Shown here: positions 44,306 through 53,194 of the stretch, one piece after another
Layout of the letters: every line of letters starts with the position of its first letter
How positions within the stretch are numbered: the first letter of the stretch is position 1
IMG/VR virus record: IMGVR_UViG_3300028591_000108
Location: 77,914 to 141,913 of that record
From: a virus
Taxonomy: Duplodnaviria; Caudoviricetes
DNA: 64,000 nucleotides
Direction: 5' to 3' (one strand)
Program-made: the position numbers and the translations under genes
Notes under the pieces: generated by a model
Database searches by the model: none
What the model was told of the DNA's origin: nothing
The model's input: only the letters and a program-made list of their open reading frames with translations

Positions 44306-44334
44306 TAAAGACTAAGATGAAAAGGAGAAAAAAA

Positions 44335-45828
44335 ATGAACGAACTACTAAAGAATCTGAAGACTGAAACTAATTACCGTTATACCGAGAACGGCGCCCTG
44401 ACTCATAAGTCTACGCTAAATAAAGTGCTGGATATGTTTGCTATGGGCGGTTCTATGCGTAATCGCTCTGACGATGATGTTATTAACATGTTCAAGCAGG
44501 CATACGAAGAGGATAGGACTCTTGCGCTAAAGTGTCTCTTCTATCTGCGCGATGTACGCGGCGGTGCAGGTGAGAGACGATTTTTCCGCATTTGTATCAA
44601 GTGGCTTGCTAATGAATGTCCGGAAGAGATGGAACACCTAATTCCCCTCATTAGTGAATATGGCCGCTACGACGACCTTTTTGAGCTATTTGGCACTCCT
44701 TGCGAAGCCGCGATGATAGGATATATTTTCCATGTCCTTAATAAGAATGAAGATCATCTTATTTATAAATGGATGCCTTCGATCAATGCATCTTCTAAAG
44801 AAAGCAAAATTCGTGGACGTAAATTCGTGCATGAATTCGGCATGACTGAGCGTCAGTATCGTCAGATGCTTTCTGAAGGCCGCAAAGCCTGTCACTTGGT
44901 CGAAACTCTTATGAGCCAGAATCAGTGGAACCAGATTGCATTTGATAAGCTGCCTTCTCGCGCAGGTCTTCTATATAAGAATGCTTTCATGCGCCGTGAG
45001 GAAACTAAAGAACGCTATGCTGAGTTTATGTCCCGCAAGGACACTAAGGTAAATGCGAGTGTACTGAATCCTGTTGAAATCGCGCACCAGATTCTTGGTA
45101 CGTGGAGTACTCCCTCTGCTACTGAGCGTCAGGCTTGGCAGAAGTATTGGGATAATCTGAAAGATTATTACAATGGCCGCGAAGAGCCTGGCATTGCAGT
45201 AGTTGATGTCAGTGGCAGTATGAGTGGCACTCCTATGGAAGCCGCAGTTTCTATGGGTGCGTATATTGCCGAACGCGGGAAAGGCCCGTTCCAGAATCAT
45301 TTTATTACTTTCAGCGCTAATCCGCAGCTAGTAGAATTTGAAGGCGTAGATATCTATGATAAGTTTAAACGTGCGGTACGTGCAGACTGGGGACAGAATA
45401 CGAACCTTGAAGCAGTATTTGATATGCTGCTGGAGACTGGTCTACGCAATCATGTGCCAGATGCCGAAATGCCGAAGACGATTTACATATTTTCGGATAT
45501 GGAATTCGATCACGGTTTGACTTGCGGCGCGCGTTCCCTTGATCGTTGGGACTATAATATGCGTTCTATGAATCGCTCGCAGATTGATACACTCATTGAG
45601 GCTAAGACTAAAGAATGGATGTGGGCAGGATATACCGCACCGAGAGTAATCTTCTGGAACCTCAATGCTCGGCAGCCCAACATTCCCGCTATTGGCCCGG
45701 GATTCTCCTATTGTAGCGGTTTCTCTATGAGCGCGCTTGAAGGAGTACTTTCCGGTAAAGATGGTATCAAAATGATGCGAACTGTACTAGAAGGAGAGCG
45801 CTATGCGCCAATTTCTAGTGTTCTATAA
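44335..45828 (+). CDS. DUF2828 family protein (TROVE/Ro60-like helical domain + vWA)
   Basis: TENGA..ST..LDMF, FYLRDVRGGAGER, MIDAS DVSGSM, IFSDMEFD, IFWNL. Confidence 0.8.
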   Translation: MNELLKNLKTETNYRYTENGALTHKSTLNKVLDMFAMGGSMRNRSDDDVINMFKQAYEEDRTLALKCLFYLRDVRGGAGERRFFRICIKWLANECPEEMEHLIPLISEYGRYDDLFELFGTPCEAAMIGYIFHVLNKNEDHLIYKWMPSINASSKESKIRGRKFVHEFGMTERQYRQMLSEGRKACHLVETLMSQNQWNQIAFDKLPSRAGLLYKNAFMRREETKERYAEFMSRKDTKVNASVLNPVEIAHQILGTWSTPSATERQAWQKYWDNLKDYYNGREEPGIAVVDVSGSMSGTPMEAAVSMGAYIAERGKGPFQNHFITFSANPQLVEFEGVDIYDKFKRAVRADWGQNTNLEAVFDMLLETGLRNHVPDAEMPKTIYIFSDMEFDHGLTCGARSLDRWDYNMRSMNRSQIDTLIEAKTKEWMWAGYTAPRVIFWNLNARQPNIPAIGPGFSYCSGFSMSALEGVLSGKDGIKMMRTVLEGERYAPISSVL

Positions 45829-45910
45829 ATTCTCTCTTTCTGAAAAGTCAAGCAATCAAATGCTTGACTTTTTTCATATTTTTTGATATAATTAATTTAT
45901 AAGGAGGAAG

Positions 45911-46672
45911 ATGATGGATATTATAGAAGCAGTTAAAAGACATCATCAATGGGTAAAAGATAAAGGTTATGAAACAGTAATGACTGTCTTAATTGGCAGC
46001 CAAAATTATTGTTTAGACAATGAAAATAGTGATATTGATACTTTTACTTTTATTTTTCCTACCATTGACGATTTATCAGCCGCGTGCGAACCGGATAGTG
46101 GTGAATTTGAAGTCGAAGATGGAAAATGTATGTATAAAGATATTCGACTTGCGCTTAATCTTTTAAAGAAAGCATCTCCAAATAGTGTTGAATGCTTTGT
46201 CGGAGCGTATAAATATTATGAACCTAAATATGCTACTATCTTAGAAAAATATTTAGATAATGAGTATATTTTAAATAAAATGGTACATTGCAATTATTCT
46301 CATATGTTATATGCAATGGCTGGAATGGCACATCAGCTTACTAAACGCAATATGCCTGCCGGAAAACGCTATTCTCATGCCTTACGTCTATATAGTATGA
46401 AAGATAACTTTTTGAATTTTACAGATACATCTCAATTGCTTAAATTATTGCCTCGTGATTATCAAGAAGCTCTACATGCTAAGAGAGATACATTGGAATC
46501 TCATAATGCATATTATAATGATGGCTGTGAAAGTATTGCAAATCTTTTAGACGATTGTCGCAATGAGTTTAAAAAAACAGTTATTCAACAAGCGATTGAA
46601 ACAGAAGGAAAACAATTAATTGAATTAATGCAATATGAATTAATGCATTATTATATTAAATATATTTTATAA
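45911..46672 (+). CDS. Pol-beta-type nucleotidyltransferase
   Basis: GSQNY.L....SDID, PN..E. Confidence 0.75.
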   Translation: MMDIIEAVKRHHQWVKDKGYETVMTVLIGSQNYCLDNENSDIDTFTFIFPTIDDLSAACEPDSGEFEVEDGKCMYKDIRLALNLLKKASPNSVECFVGAYKYYEPKYATILEKYLDNEYILNKMVHCNYSHMLYAMAGMAHQLTKRNMPAGKRYSHALRLYSMKDNFLNFTDTSQLLKLLPRDYQEALHAKRDTLESHNAYYNDGCESIANLLDDCRNEFKKTVIQQAIETEGKQLIELMQYELMHYYIKYIL

Positions 46673-46683
46673 GAGGAGACATA

Positions 46684-47088
46684 ATGGATCTAAAAATTCA
46701 CAATGGGATGCGCGTCCTATATAAACACAATGGGCAATGGTGCGTTGGAAAACTTACAAATCAAGAGTCGCCAGTGCTTACTGAAAAGGGATTATTTGTA
46801 TTTGTTATTCCTAAAAACTATATGGATGCAGAAGAAGTACCATATCTGCATGATGTAGAAATTAATGATTTGTTCCTAGAAGCGGTCCCAGTAGAAGATT
46901 GGATGGCTCAGTATGGCTATCTAATGCCAAAAGAAGATTATATTAATTTCATTAAAAGCGAAGACTTTGATAAGAATGTTGAACGTGCGTATGTATCAGA
47001 TGGTGAATATTATTATTATAATGTAAACAAATACTCAGAACAATGGTTGAATAAACAGCCATTTGATTTTATAGTGAGGGAAGAATGA
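46684..47088 (+). CDS. Hypothetical protein
   Basis: RBS GAGGAG. Confidence 0.65.
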   Translation: MDLKIHNGMRVLYKHNGQWCVGKLTNQESPVLTEKGLFVFVIPKNYMDAEEVPYLHDVEINDLFLEAVPVEDWMAQYGYLMPKEDYINFIKSEDFDKNVERAYVSDGEYYYYNVNKYSEQWLNKQPFDFIVREE

Positions 47089-47687
47089 AACCGAAATTAA
47101 CATGGCATAATATCCTAGGCCATTGGAAAACAATTCGTACTCATAGAAAATGGGTTAGATATTATTGCAATCTTGCTGGTATCCGTTGGCGCGGATTAAA
47201 ACATGATTTATCGAAATATTCGCCCACTGAATTTTTTGAATCCGCGCGTTATTGGACTGGGACTAGTTCTCCAATAAACGAAGCTAAGAAACAGCAGGGC
47301 TATTCGCGCGCATGGCTACATCATCGCGGCCGCAATCCTCATCATTGGGCATACTGGGCAGATAATTTTAGCGAAGGGCTGACAGTATATCCGATGCCCA
47401 TGAATGATTTTGTAGAATTGGTTTGTGATTTTCTCGCGGCTGGTCGGGCTTATAGTGGTGACATGTTTTCATATAGTAATGAGCGTCTTTGGTGGCTTCA
47501 TGAGCGTGATCATGGTTCGCGCGCAATGAACGAGAAAAATAAGAAAATGCTTGATGTTATTTTTTCTGACTTAGAGTTCGCGGATAATCATCTGCTGAGT
47601 GGTTGTCCTACTGGACTATTAACCATGACTCCAGAAACCCTAATTAAAACTGGTTACATTCAAGAAGTTTGGAGGGCTAATCAATGA
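47085..47687 (+). CDS. HD-like protein (DUF5662-like)
   Basis: HDLSK, WLHH...NPHH, E..CD. Confidence 0.7.
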   Translation: MKPKLTWHNILGHWKTIRTHRKWVRYYCNLAGIRWRGLKHDLSKYSPTEFFESARYWTGTSSPINEAKKQQGYSRAWLHHRGRNPHHWAYWADNFSEGLTVYPMPMNDFVELVCDFLAAGRAYSGDMFSYSNERLWWLHERDHGSRAMNEKNKKMLDVIFSDLEFADNHLLSGCPTGLLTMTPETLIKTGYIQEVWRANQ

Positions 47688-47905
47688 AGTGGATTAAGCG
47701 CGAAATAAAATTAGAAGATGTCGAAGCGATAGCTTCCCAAGGCATGGCAATGGCTAAAGCAGGAAATCCACTTGTAGAGAAACTTAGATGTGTATATCAA
47801 CTTGAAAATGATCCTGTAATCTATATGATTCCGTTATTAGATTATATAGATACAGTACCAGACCAAAAAATCATCTCCTTTCAACTTTGTCAAATGGTCG
47901 AATAA
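47684..47905 (+). CDS. Hypothetical protein
   Basis: ATGA coupling. Confidence 0.55.
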   Translation: MKWIKREIKLEDVEAIASQGMAMAKAGNPLVEKLRCVYQLENDPVIYMIPLLDYIDTVPDQKIISFQLCQMVE

Positions 47906-47962
47906 CCATTTGACTTTTTTTAAATTTATGTTATAATTTTTATAGAAAGAGAGGTAAGAGGA

Positions 47963-48682
47963 ATGGTCGCAAAAACTTATCAAAGTTTAGAAATCCAAGG
48001 AGAGCCTTTTAAAGAGAATAAGCGTTTGTATGTTAATGTGCTTACTGCCAAGGGGCCAAAAAAAGTCCGCTGGTATACAGATGCTGAGTATCGACGCATG
48101 TATCCTGATGCGCCAGTAGAAAATAAATTAATGGACTTCAATGCTAAACATGCTTTTGGCTTTGACGAAAAAGGCTATATTACTTTATATAAAGGAGACA
48201 AGCGAGTAGTAGAGAGGTGGGCTGAAAATGACCGTACTAATATTTGGCGTAATACTACTTTTGGGTATTATACTCCTAGTAAATTTCCCACGCCCAAAAC
48301 CGTAAGCGGAATTGAACCTATTCAGCTAAAGTGGGAACAAGTACAAGATTATGAAGACAGGATGAAACCCCATGAAGAAGTCGCTAAGTTGGTCAGCCAT
48401 CTTCTTGGTACTGATGTTATTAGCAGCAGTACCTACCAAGGACAAGAAAATGACTGGCTTGAAAAAGAAGTTGTTGTTAAAGAGAATCTCGCGCGTGAAG
48501 ATCATTTTGGCGAAAAGCATACGCATTTTATGCGCGATGCCGAAGGTAATACTTATGTATGGGAAACAGGCACCAAAAATCTTGAAGTTGGTATGGCTCT
48601 TAAGCTGAGAATGAAGGTTAAGACGCATAAAGAAATTAATGGAGAAAAGTGTACTGTAGTTTGGTACTGTAAAATTATATGA
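47963..48682 (+). CDS. Hypothetical protein, C-terminal OB-fold-like
   Basis: Promoter and RBS; DAEGN.YVW..G..V K.H.E. Confidence 0.6.
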   Translation: MVAKTYQSLEIQGEPFKENKRLYVNVLTAKGPKKVRWYTDAEYRRMYPDAPVENKLMDFNAKHAFGFDEKGYITLYKGDKRVVERWAENDRTNIWRNTTFGYYTPSKFPTPKTVSGIEPIQLKWEQVQDYEDRMKPHEEVAKLVSHLLGTDVISSSTYQGQENDWLEKEVVVKENLAREDHFGEKHTHFMRDAEGNTYVWETGTKNLEVGMALKLRMKVKTHKEINGEKCTVVWYCKII

Positions 48683-48885
48683 TTGTTTTAAGTAATTACT
48701 ATAAAGGACTTGTATGCCGCTGTAATAACTGCGGCGCACTACTCGGATATAAGCCAGAGGATGTACATAACAATTCTTATGTAACATGTCCGCGATGCAA
48801 ATTTGAAATTTTAACTAAAATGCAACTTGATTATGATGGGCTGGTAAGAGAGGAGAAAAAAGATGGCGAAGCTGTGGTTCGGTAA
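48679..48885 (+). CDS. Zinc-ribbon protein
   Basis: CNNC...CPRC. Confidence 0.6.
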   Translation: MIVLSNYYKGLVCRCNNCGALLGYKPEDVHNNSYVTCPRCKFEILTKMQLDYDGLVREEKKDGEAVVR

Positions 48886-49144
48886 TTCGTTTGGCAAGAG
48901 ACGAATAATTGCAGAATGTAATACTTTTGCGGAAGTAATGACTGAAATTGATAAGTTTATTGCTGATGCGAATGATAGATGGCCGAATAAGAGGCCATTC
49001 AAGAGATACTATACTCGTATTTGGAATGAGAATGGCGAATCTGTATTTGATGTAGGCAGCCATACAGAATTTTTCTACTTTGACCTACCTTATCCAGAAG
49101 ATGAACATGGTTTTGTCGATGAAAGCGAGGTATTTAATAAATGA
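48863..49144 (+). CDS. Hypothetical protein
   Basis: FDVGSHTEFF motif; RBS. Confidence 0.65.
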   Translation: MAKLWFGNSFGKRRIIAECNTFAEVMTEIDKFIADANDRWPNKRPFKRYYTRIWNENGESVFDVGSHTEFFYFDLPYPEDEHGFVDESEVFNK

Positions 49145-49419
49145 TAACTAGCGCGGCGGTTCGCATCTATGATAAGAAGCAAGATAAAGAAATCATTTTG
49201 CCCGTGCATCGTCATTGTGATGCTTTCTATATCCTAAGAGAACTTGGATATTCTAAGGATGATTTTGAAAGCAATCTCAATGATCAGGGTTTCCTTGATG
49301 AGCATGATAATTTTTATAATAGAGTGGAGGCATGGAAACATGCTTATCTTCATGACCAGATTAATCCTGATGCTATGGGAAATTCTATGCAATCATTATT
49401 TAGTGAGGATTTGTGGTAA
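49141..49419 (+). CDS. Hypothetical protein
   Basis: RH.D..QGF...F..R.EA...SEDLW phage family pattern. Confidence 0.65.
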   Translation: MITSAAVRIYDKKQDKEIILPVHRHCDAFYILRELGYSKDDFESNLNDQGFLDEHDNFYNRVEAWKHAYLHDQINPDAMGNSMQSLFSEDLW

Positions 49420-49631
49420 TGAGCAACGAATTTAAAGATTATTTATGGAATACAATAAGCGACGTCGTACTTAATTCTGGTATAATGGATAAGATTGAAG
49501 AAATACCAAATCCTTCCTATTCAAAAACTTACGTCTATGGATGGAAGAATGGGCAAAAAGTTTTATTGCAAGTTTGGTTTGATGACGAGCTTGAAGAATG
49601 GCGAATGGAGCATAGGGAGACAGATAAATGA
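49413..49631 (+). CDS. Hypothetical protein
   Basis: Coupled ORF. Confidence 0.55.
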   Translation: MVMSNEFKDYLWNTISDVVLNSGIMDKIEEIPNPSYSKTYVYGWKNGQKVLLQVWFDDELEEWRMEHRETDK

Positions 49632-49867
49632 AAAAAATTATTCTTGTTGTTACATTAATTTTAACCTGTCTTTTAATTGCTGGATGTACTTCAACAAAAA
49701 CTTCCACGAATACGGATTATGGCATGGGCATGATTATTATGCCAGACGGCTCTATTATTAAAGGAGAATGTAGTAATTTTTGTCGTATTTCAGGTGACTG
49801 GGCACTAGTTACAATTGATGGTGTAACATATGCTGCCAGTGATTGGCGTATTGTAAGATGGAAATAA
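49628..49867 (+). CDS. Small lipoprotein
   Basis: Signal peptide with lipobox LIAGC. Confidence 0.65.
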   Translation: MKKIILVVTLILTCLLIAGCTSTKTSTNTDYGMGMIIMPDGSIIKGECSNFCRISGDWALVTIDGVTYAASDWRIVRWK

Positions 49868-49933
49868 AGTAATTGACATTTTCTAAATTTATGATATAAT
49901 TATTATGTAAGAAAGAGAGAAAGGATGATTTAA

Positions 49934-50212
49934 ATGGCCTGCATTTGTGAAAAAGATGGTTATCATTATTTTGAAAAACGTGATTCTATTACATATAGAG
50001 ATTTATATTATTTATATTCTGAAAATGGCGGGCCTAATGCTTCTAAGGTAGTAACAGAAAAGAATGTAGATTTGTATCTAAGAGTGAATTATCCTTATCT
50101 TTGGGAGACTACCTCTAGTGATTATATTAGTAGCGGTGGTTATATGAAACGACTTTATAATTGTCCTCTTTGTGGGCGTTCTTTTCCTTCCCCTAAAAGT
50201 ATTTTAGATTAA
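49934..50212 (+). CDS. Hypothetical protein
   Basis: Promoter; CPLCG. Confidence 0.55.
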   Translation: MACICEKDGYHYFEKRDSITYRDLYYLYSENGGPNASKVVTEKNVDLYLRVNYPYLWETTSSDYISSGGYMKRLYNCPLCGRSFPSPKSILD

Positions 50213-50229
50213 TAGAAAGGATGATTTAA

Positions 50230-51462
50230 ATGCTGAATAAAAATTCCGAGCGCGAACTCGCCTATGTAGTTCTAATTGATGGTATTGAACCGATTCCTGG
50301 TTATGATCGTGTAGAACATGCAATTGTTGGCGGCTGGCGTGTAATTGTACAGAAAGATCAGTTTAAAGTGGGCGATCCTGCTATTTATTTCGAGATTGAC
50401 TCGCGCGTTCCTTCTGATAAGGAATGTTTTGCCTTCCTTGAGAAGCGCAATTATAAAGTTAAGACTTTGAAGATGTGCAAAACTATTTCTCAGGGTTTGC
50501 TTATGCACGCTGATGATTTTGGTTGGACCATTGGTGATGGATCTGAATTTATTGAAAAGTCTCCTTATATCATGGATGATGAGCATATGATTCATTTTGC
50601 CACTGGAGAATCTCGTTTCCTTACTACTAAACTGGGTGTAACTTATGCAGATGAAGAAGATAATATTCGTAAGGCCGCGCCAGTTGATAAGTATAAGAAA
50701 ATGGCTCAGCGGCATCAGAAGCTTTTCAAGAAACCTTTTGTACGCTGGTTGATGCGACATAAGTTTGGCCGCGAAATTATGTTTTTCTTCTTTGGGAAGA
50801 AGAAAGATAAGAAGAACGGATGGCCTGCTTGGGTATCTAAGACTGATGAAGAACGCGTACAGAACATGCCTTGGATACTGGAAGATTCCGGCGACTGGGT
50901 AGCCACTGAAAAAATTGATGGTACTAGCACTACCTTTACTATGAAGCGTGGAAAATTTGGCAAAAAGAACTTTTATGTATGCTCTCGTAATGTTTGCTTC
51001 GGTGAAGAAAATAAGCCTTGCTATTATGATACCAACGTATATTGGGAAATGGCAAAGAAATACAATATCTTTGAAGTTCTTTCCGAGATGCTTGAAAAGT
51101 ATCCTCAGGAAGAATGGATTACCATTCAAGGCGAAACTTACGGTGATGACGTACAGCGGCGTGATTATTCTCTAACTGGACATGATTTTGCCGCCTTTAA
51201 TTTGATTTTCTCTTCTAAAGGACGGGTTGGTACTTTGGAAATGCTCAAAATTCTTGCAGAATATGACGTTCCTTGTGTACCCGTGCTTGAAAGTTGTATG
51301 AAAATAAATCAGTTTGAAAATGTTGATGCTATTCTTGCATATGCAGATGGTAATTCTGTAAAAGACGATAAGCCTCGTGAGGGAATCGTATTCCGCTCTA
51401 CTGATGGCGCTAAGTCTTTTAAGGCAGTGAGCAACAGCTTTTTGCTGAAATATCATGGATAA
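50230..51462 (+). CDS. ATP-dependent RNA ligase (Rnl2/DRB0094-like)
   Basis: N-terminal OB-like domain (YFEIDS, SQGLL); motif I TEKIDGT; QGE; EGIV; SFKAVS. Confidence 0.85.
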   Translation: MLNKNSERELAYVVLIDGIEPIPGYDRVEHAIVGGWRVIVQKDQFKVGDPAIYFEIDSRVPSDKECFAFLEKRNYKVKTLKMCKTISQGLLMHADDFGWTIGDGSEFIEKSPYIMDDEHMIHFATGESRFLTTKLGVTYADEEDNIRKAAPVDKYKKMAQRHQKLFKKPFVRWLMRHKFGREIMFFFFGKKKDKKNGWPAWVSKTDEERVQNMPWILEDSGDWVATEKIDGTSTTFTMKRGKFGKKNFYVCSRNVCFGEENKPCYYDTNVYWEMAKKYNIFEVLSEMLEKYPQEEWITIQGETYGDDVQRRDYSLTGHDFAAFNLIFSSKGRVGTLEMLKILAEYDVPCVPVLESCMKINQFENVDAILAYADGNSVKDDKPREGIVFRSTDGAKSFKAVSNSFLLKYHG

Positions 51463-51472
51463 GGAGTAAATA

Positions 51473-51739
51473 ATGAAAATTACTTTTGATACGCTTCCAG
51501 ACGTAATTTGGGGTACTATGTATGGCGGAAAATGCACAAAAGAAAACGCTATCATTATTCCAATTAAGAAATCTGAGCTTCATAAAACGGTATCTGATGA
51601 TAGTGTCATTTATGTTTGGGGATGGCCCGGCCCAGATGGTAATATATATAATTATAGTGACTATGGAGAGACTTGGGCTTTTACTCCAGAAGAATTATCT
51701 CCTGCTAGAAAATATGAGGATGTGTATGGAAAGGAGTAA
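51473..51739 (+). CDS. Hypothetical protein
   Basis: RBS; DYGETW..T.EE. Confidence 0.6.
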   Translation: MKITFDTLPDVIWGTMYGGKCTKENAIIIPIKKSELHKTVSDDSVIYVWGWPGPDGNIYNYSDYGETWAFTPEELSPARKYEDVYGKE

Positions 51740-51742
51740 ATA

Positions 51743-51949
51743 ATGACTGTTAAGGAATTGCGTGAAATTATTTCTAAGTATGATGATGATAAAGAAATTA
51801 ACATTATGATTGAAGATATACATGGACTTCAATCTCCACTGCATATGGCACTTGCTCCGCTGCAATATCATGGGGTATTGAATGATGGAAAAGTATTTTT
51901 AGGCGGTTATGATTTTTACAAAGGTGAAAATATAGATGACGAAAGCTAA
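51743..51949 (+). CDS. Hypothetical protein
   Basis: MTVKELRE..YDDD phage family start. Confidence 0.6.
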   Translation: MTVKELREIISKYDDDKEINIMIEDIHGLQSPLHMALAPLQYHGVLNDGKVFLGGYDFYKGENIDDES

Positions 51950-52139
51950 AGTAATTCGTATTCTTAAAATCGAACGTGAATGCATTAGCCGTGATTGTGA
52001 TCGCAATTGCGGCTACTGCGATTTGGTTCAAGAACAAGAAACACTATTGGACGCTTACAATAGTGCGATTTCGCTATTGAGCATAAACCAAGAAGATATA
52101 GATGACAATACTAAATGGAATAAGGAGTGGATAAAATGA
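51936..52139 (+). CDS. Small Cys-containing protein
   Basis: C...C...C..C. Confidence 0.55.
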   Translation: MTKAKVIRILKIERECISRDCDRNCGYCDLVQEQETLLDAYNSAISLLSINQEDIDDNTKWNKEWIK

Positions 52140-52282
52140 GTGAGTATACACAGTATCTACGATGGCGGTATCGCCGCGACCTACTACGCGCACGCGGAGA
52201 GGAACTAAACAAAGGACTGATTGGTAAGCTAAATAGGAAGATTAGGAAATATGAAAGCACTCATCCAGAACCCTGAGAGGAA

Positions 52283-53125
52283 ATGAGTCTCATGCACGAT
52301 ATATTTTGTTTTACTGATATACATGGATGTCGCCCTTTATTTGATGCTATTATGAATTACTGCAAAAAACAAGATGATGAGGCTACAATCATTTTTTGCG
52401 GCGATGCTTGCGATCGTGGTCCAGATGGCTATACAATTATGAAAGAACTTTTAGAAAATCCAAAAGTAATATATCTAATGGGCAACCATGAAGATATGTT
52501 TACGCGAGCCGCACGAGAAATTATAGAAAAGTTTAATTTTAAGAATACTGATAGGGATAGAGTAAAAACTGTTCTTTCTGCTTGTAAAGCCTTTGATTAC
52601 AAATATGCAGCAATTCAAGATTCGCTGTATAATGGCGGCATGCCCACGCTATTAGATTGGATAATGGATGGTATGCCAATGGACTTTGTTGAGCATATTG
52701 AGCAGCTTCCTCGTACCTTTAGTTATGAAGATAAAGATTTCTGCCATAGCGGTGGCGTATATCAAACGTTTCAACGCGTATCTGAATGCGAGTATGAAAT
52801 GACTGCACCGAATCTATGGGACACTGATGCTATTGTTTGGAATAGATCTGCATTAGACATAGGATGGGCTCCAAATCGTATGTGTATTTTTGGACATACG
52901 CCTACACCATATTTATCAGACTATATTAAGATTCAAGTCGATAAAGCCCAGCCAGTAAAATATGCATCCACTAGTTATCCTATATATACTGGAGAAAAAC
53001 TAGATATGGATACCGGTACAATATTTACTGGAAAAGCTTACGTTCTTAATGTATTAACAATGCGGGCGCAAGGATTTGAATTAAAAAATGATGAAGTTGA
53101 AGAAATTGAAGTAATTCAATTGTAA
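52283..53125 (+). CDS. Ser/Thr phosphatase-family metallophosphoesterase
   Basis: DIHG, GDACDRGPD, GNHE, FGHTP, DTG. Confidence 0.85.
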   Translation: MSLMHDIFCFTDIHGCRPLFDAIMNYCKKQDDEATIIFCGDACDRGPDGYTIMKELLENPKVIYLMGNHEDMFTRAAREIIEKFNFKNTDRDRVKTVLSACKAFDYKYAAIQDSLYNGGMPTLLDWIMDGMPMDFVEHIEQLPRTFSYEDKDFCHSGGVYQTFQRVSECEYEMTAPNLWDTDAIVWNRSALDIGWAPNRMCIFGHTPTPYLSDYIKIQVDKAQPVKYASTSYPIYTGEKLDMDTGTIFTGKAYVLNVLTMRAQGFELKNDEVEEIEVIQL

Positions 53126-53194
53126 TATTAAGACTTATTTTTAAGGAAAAGCCATTCAATAGAATGGCTTTATTTTTATATAGAGGAGGCAAAC

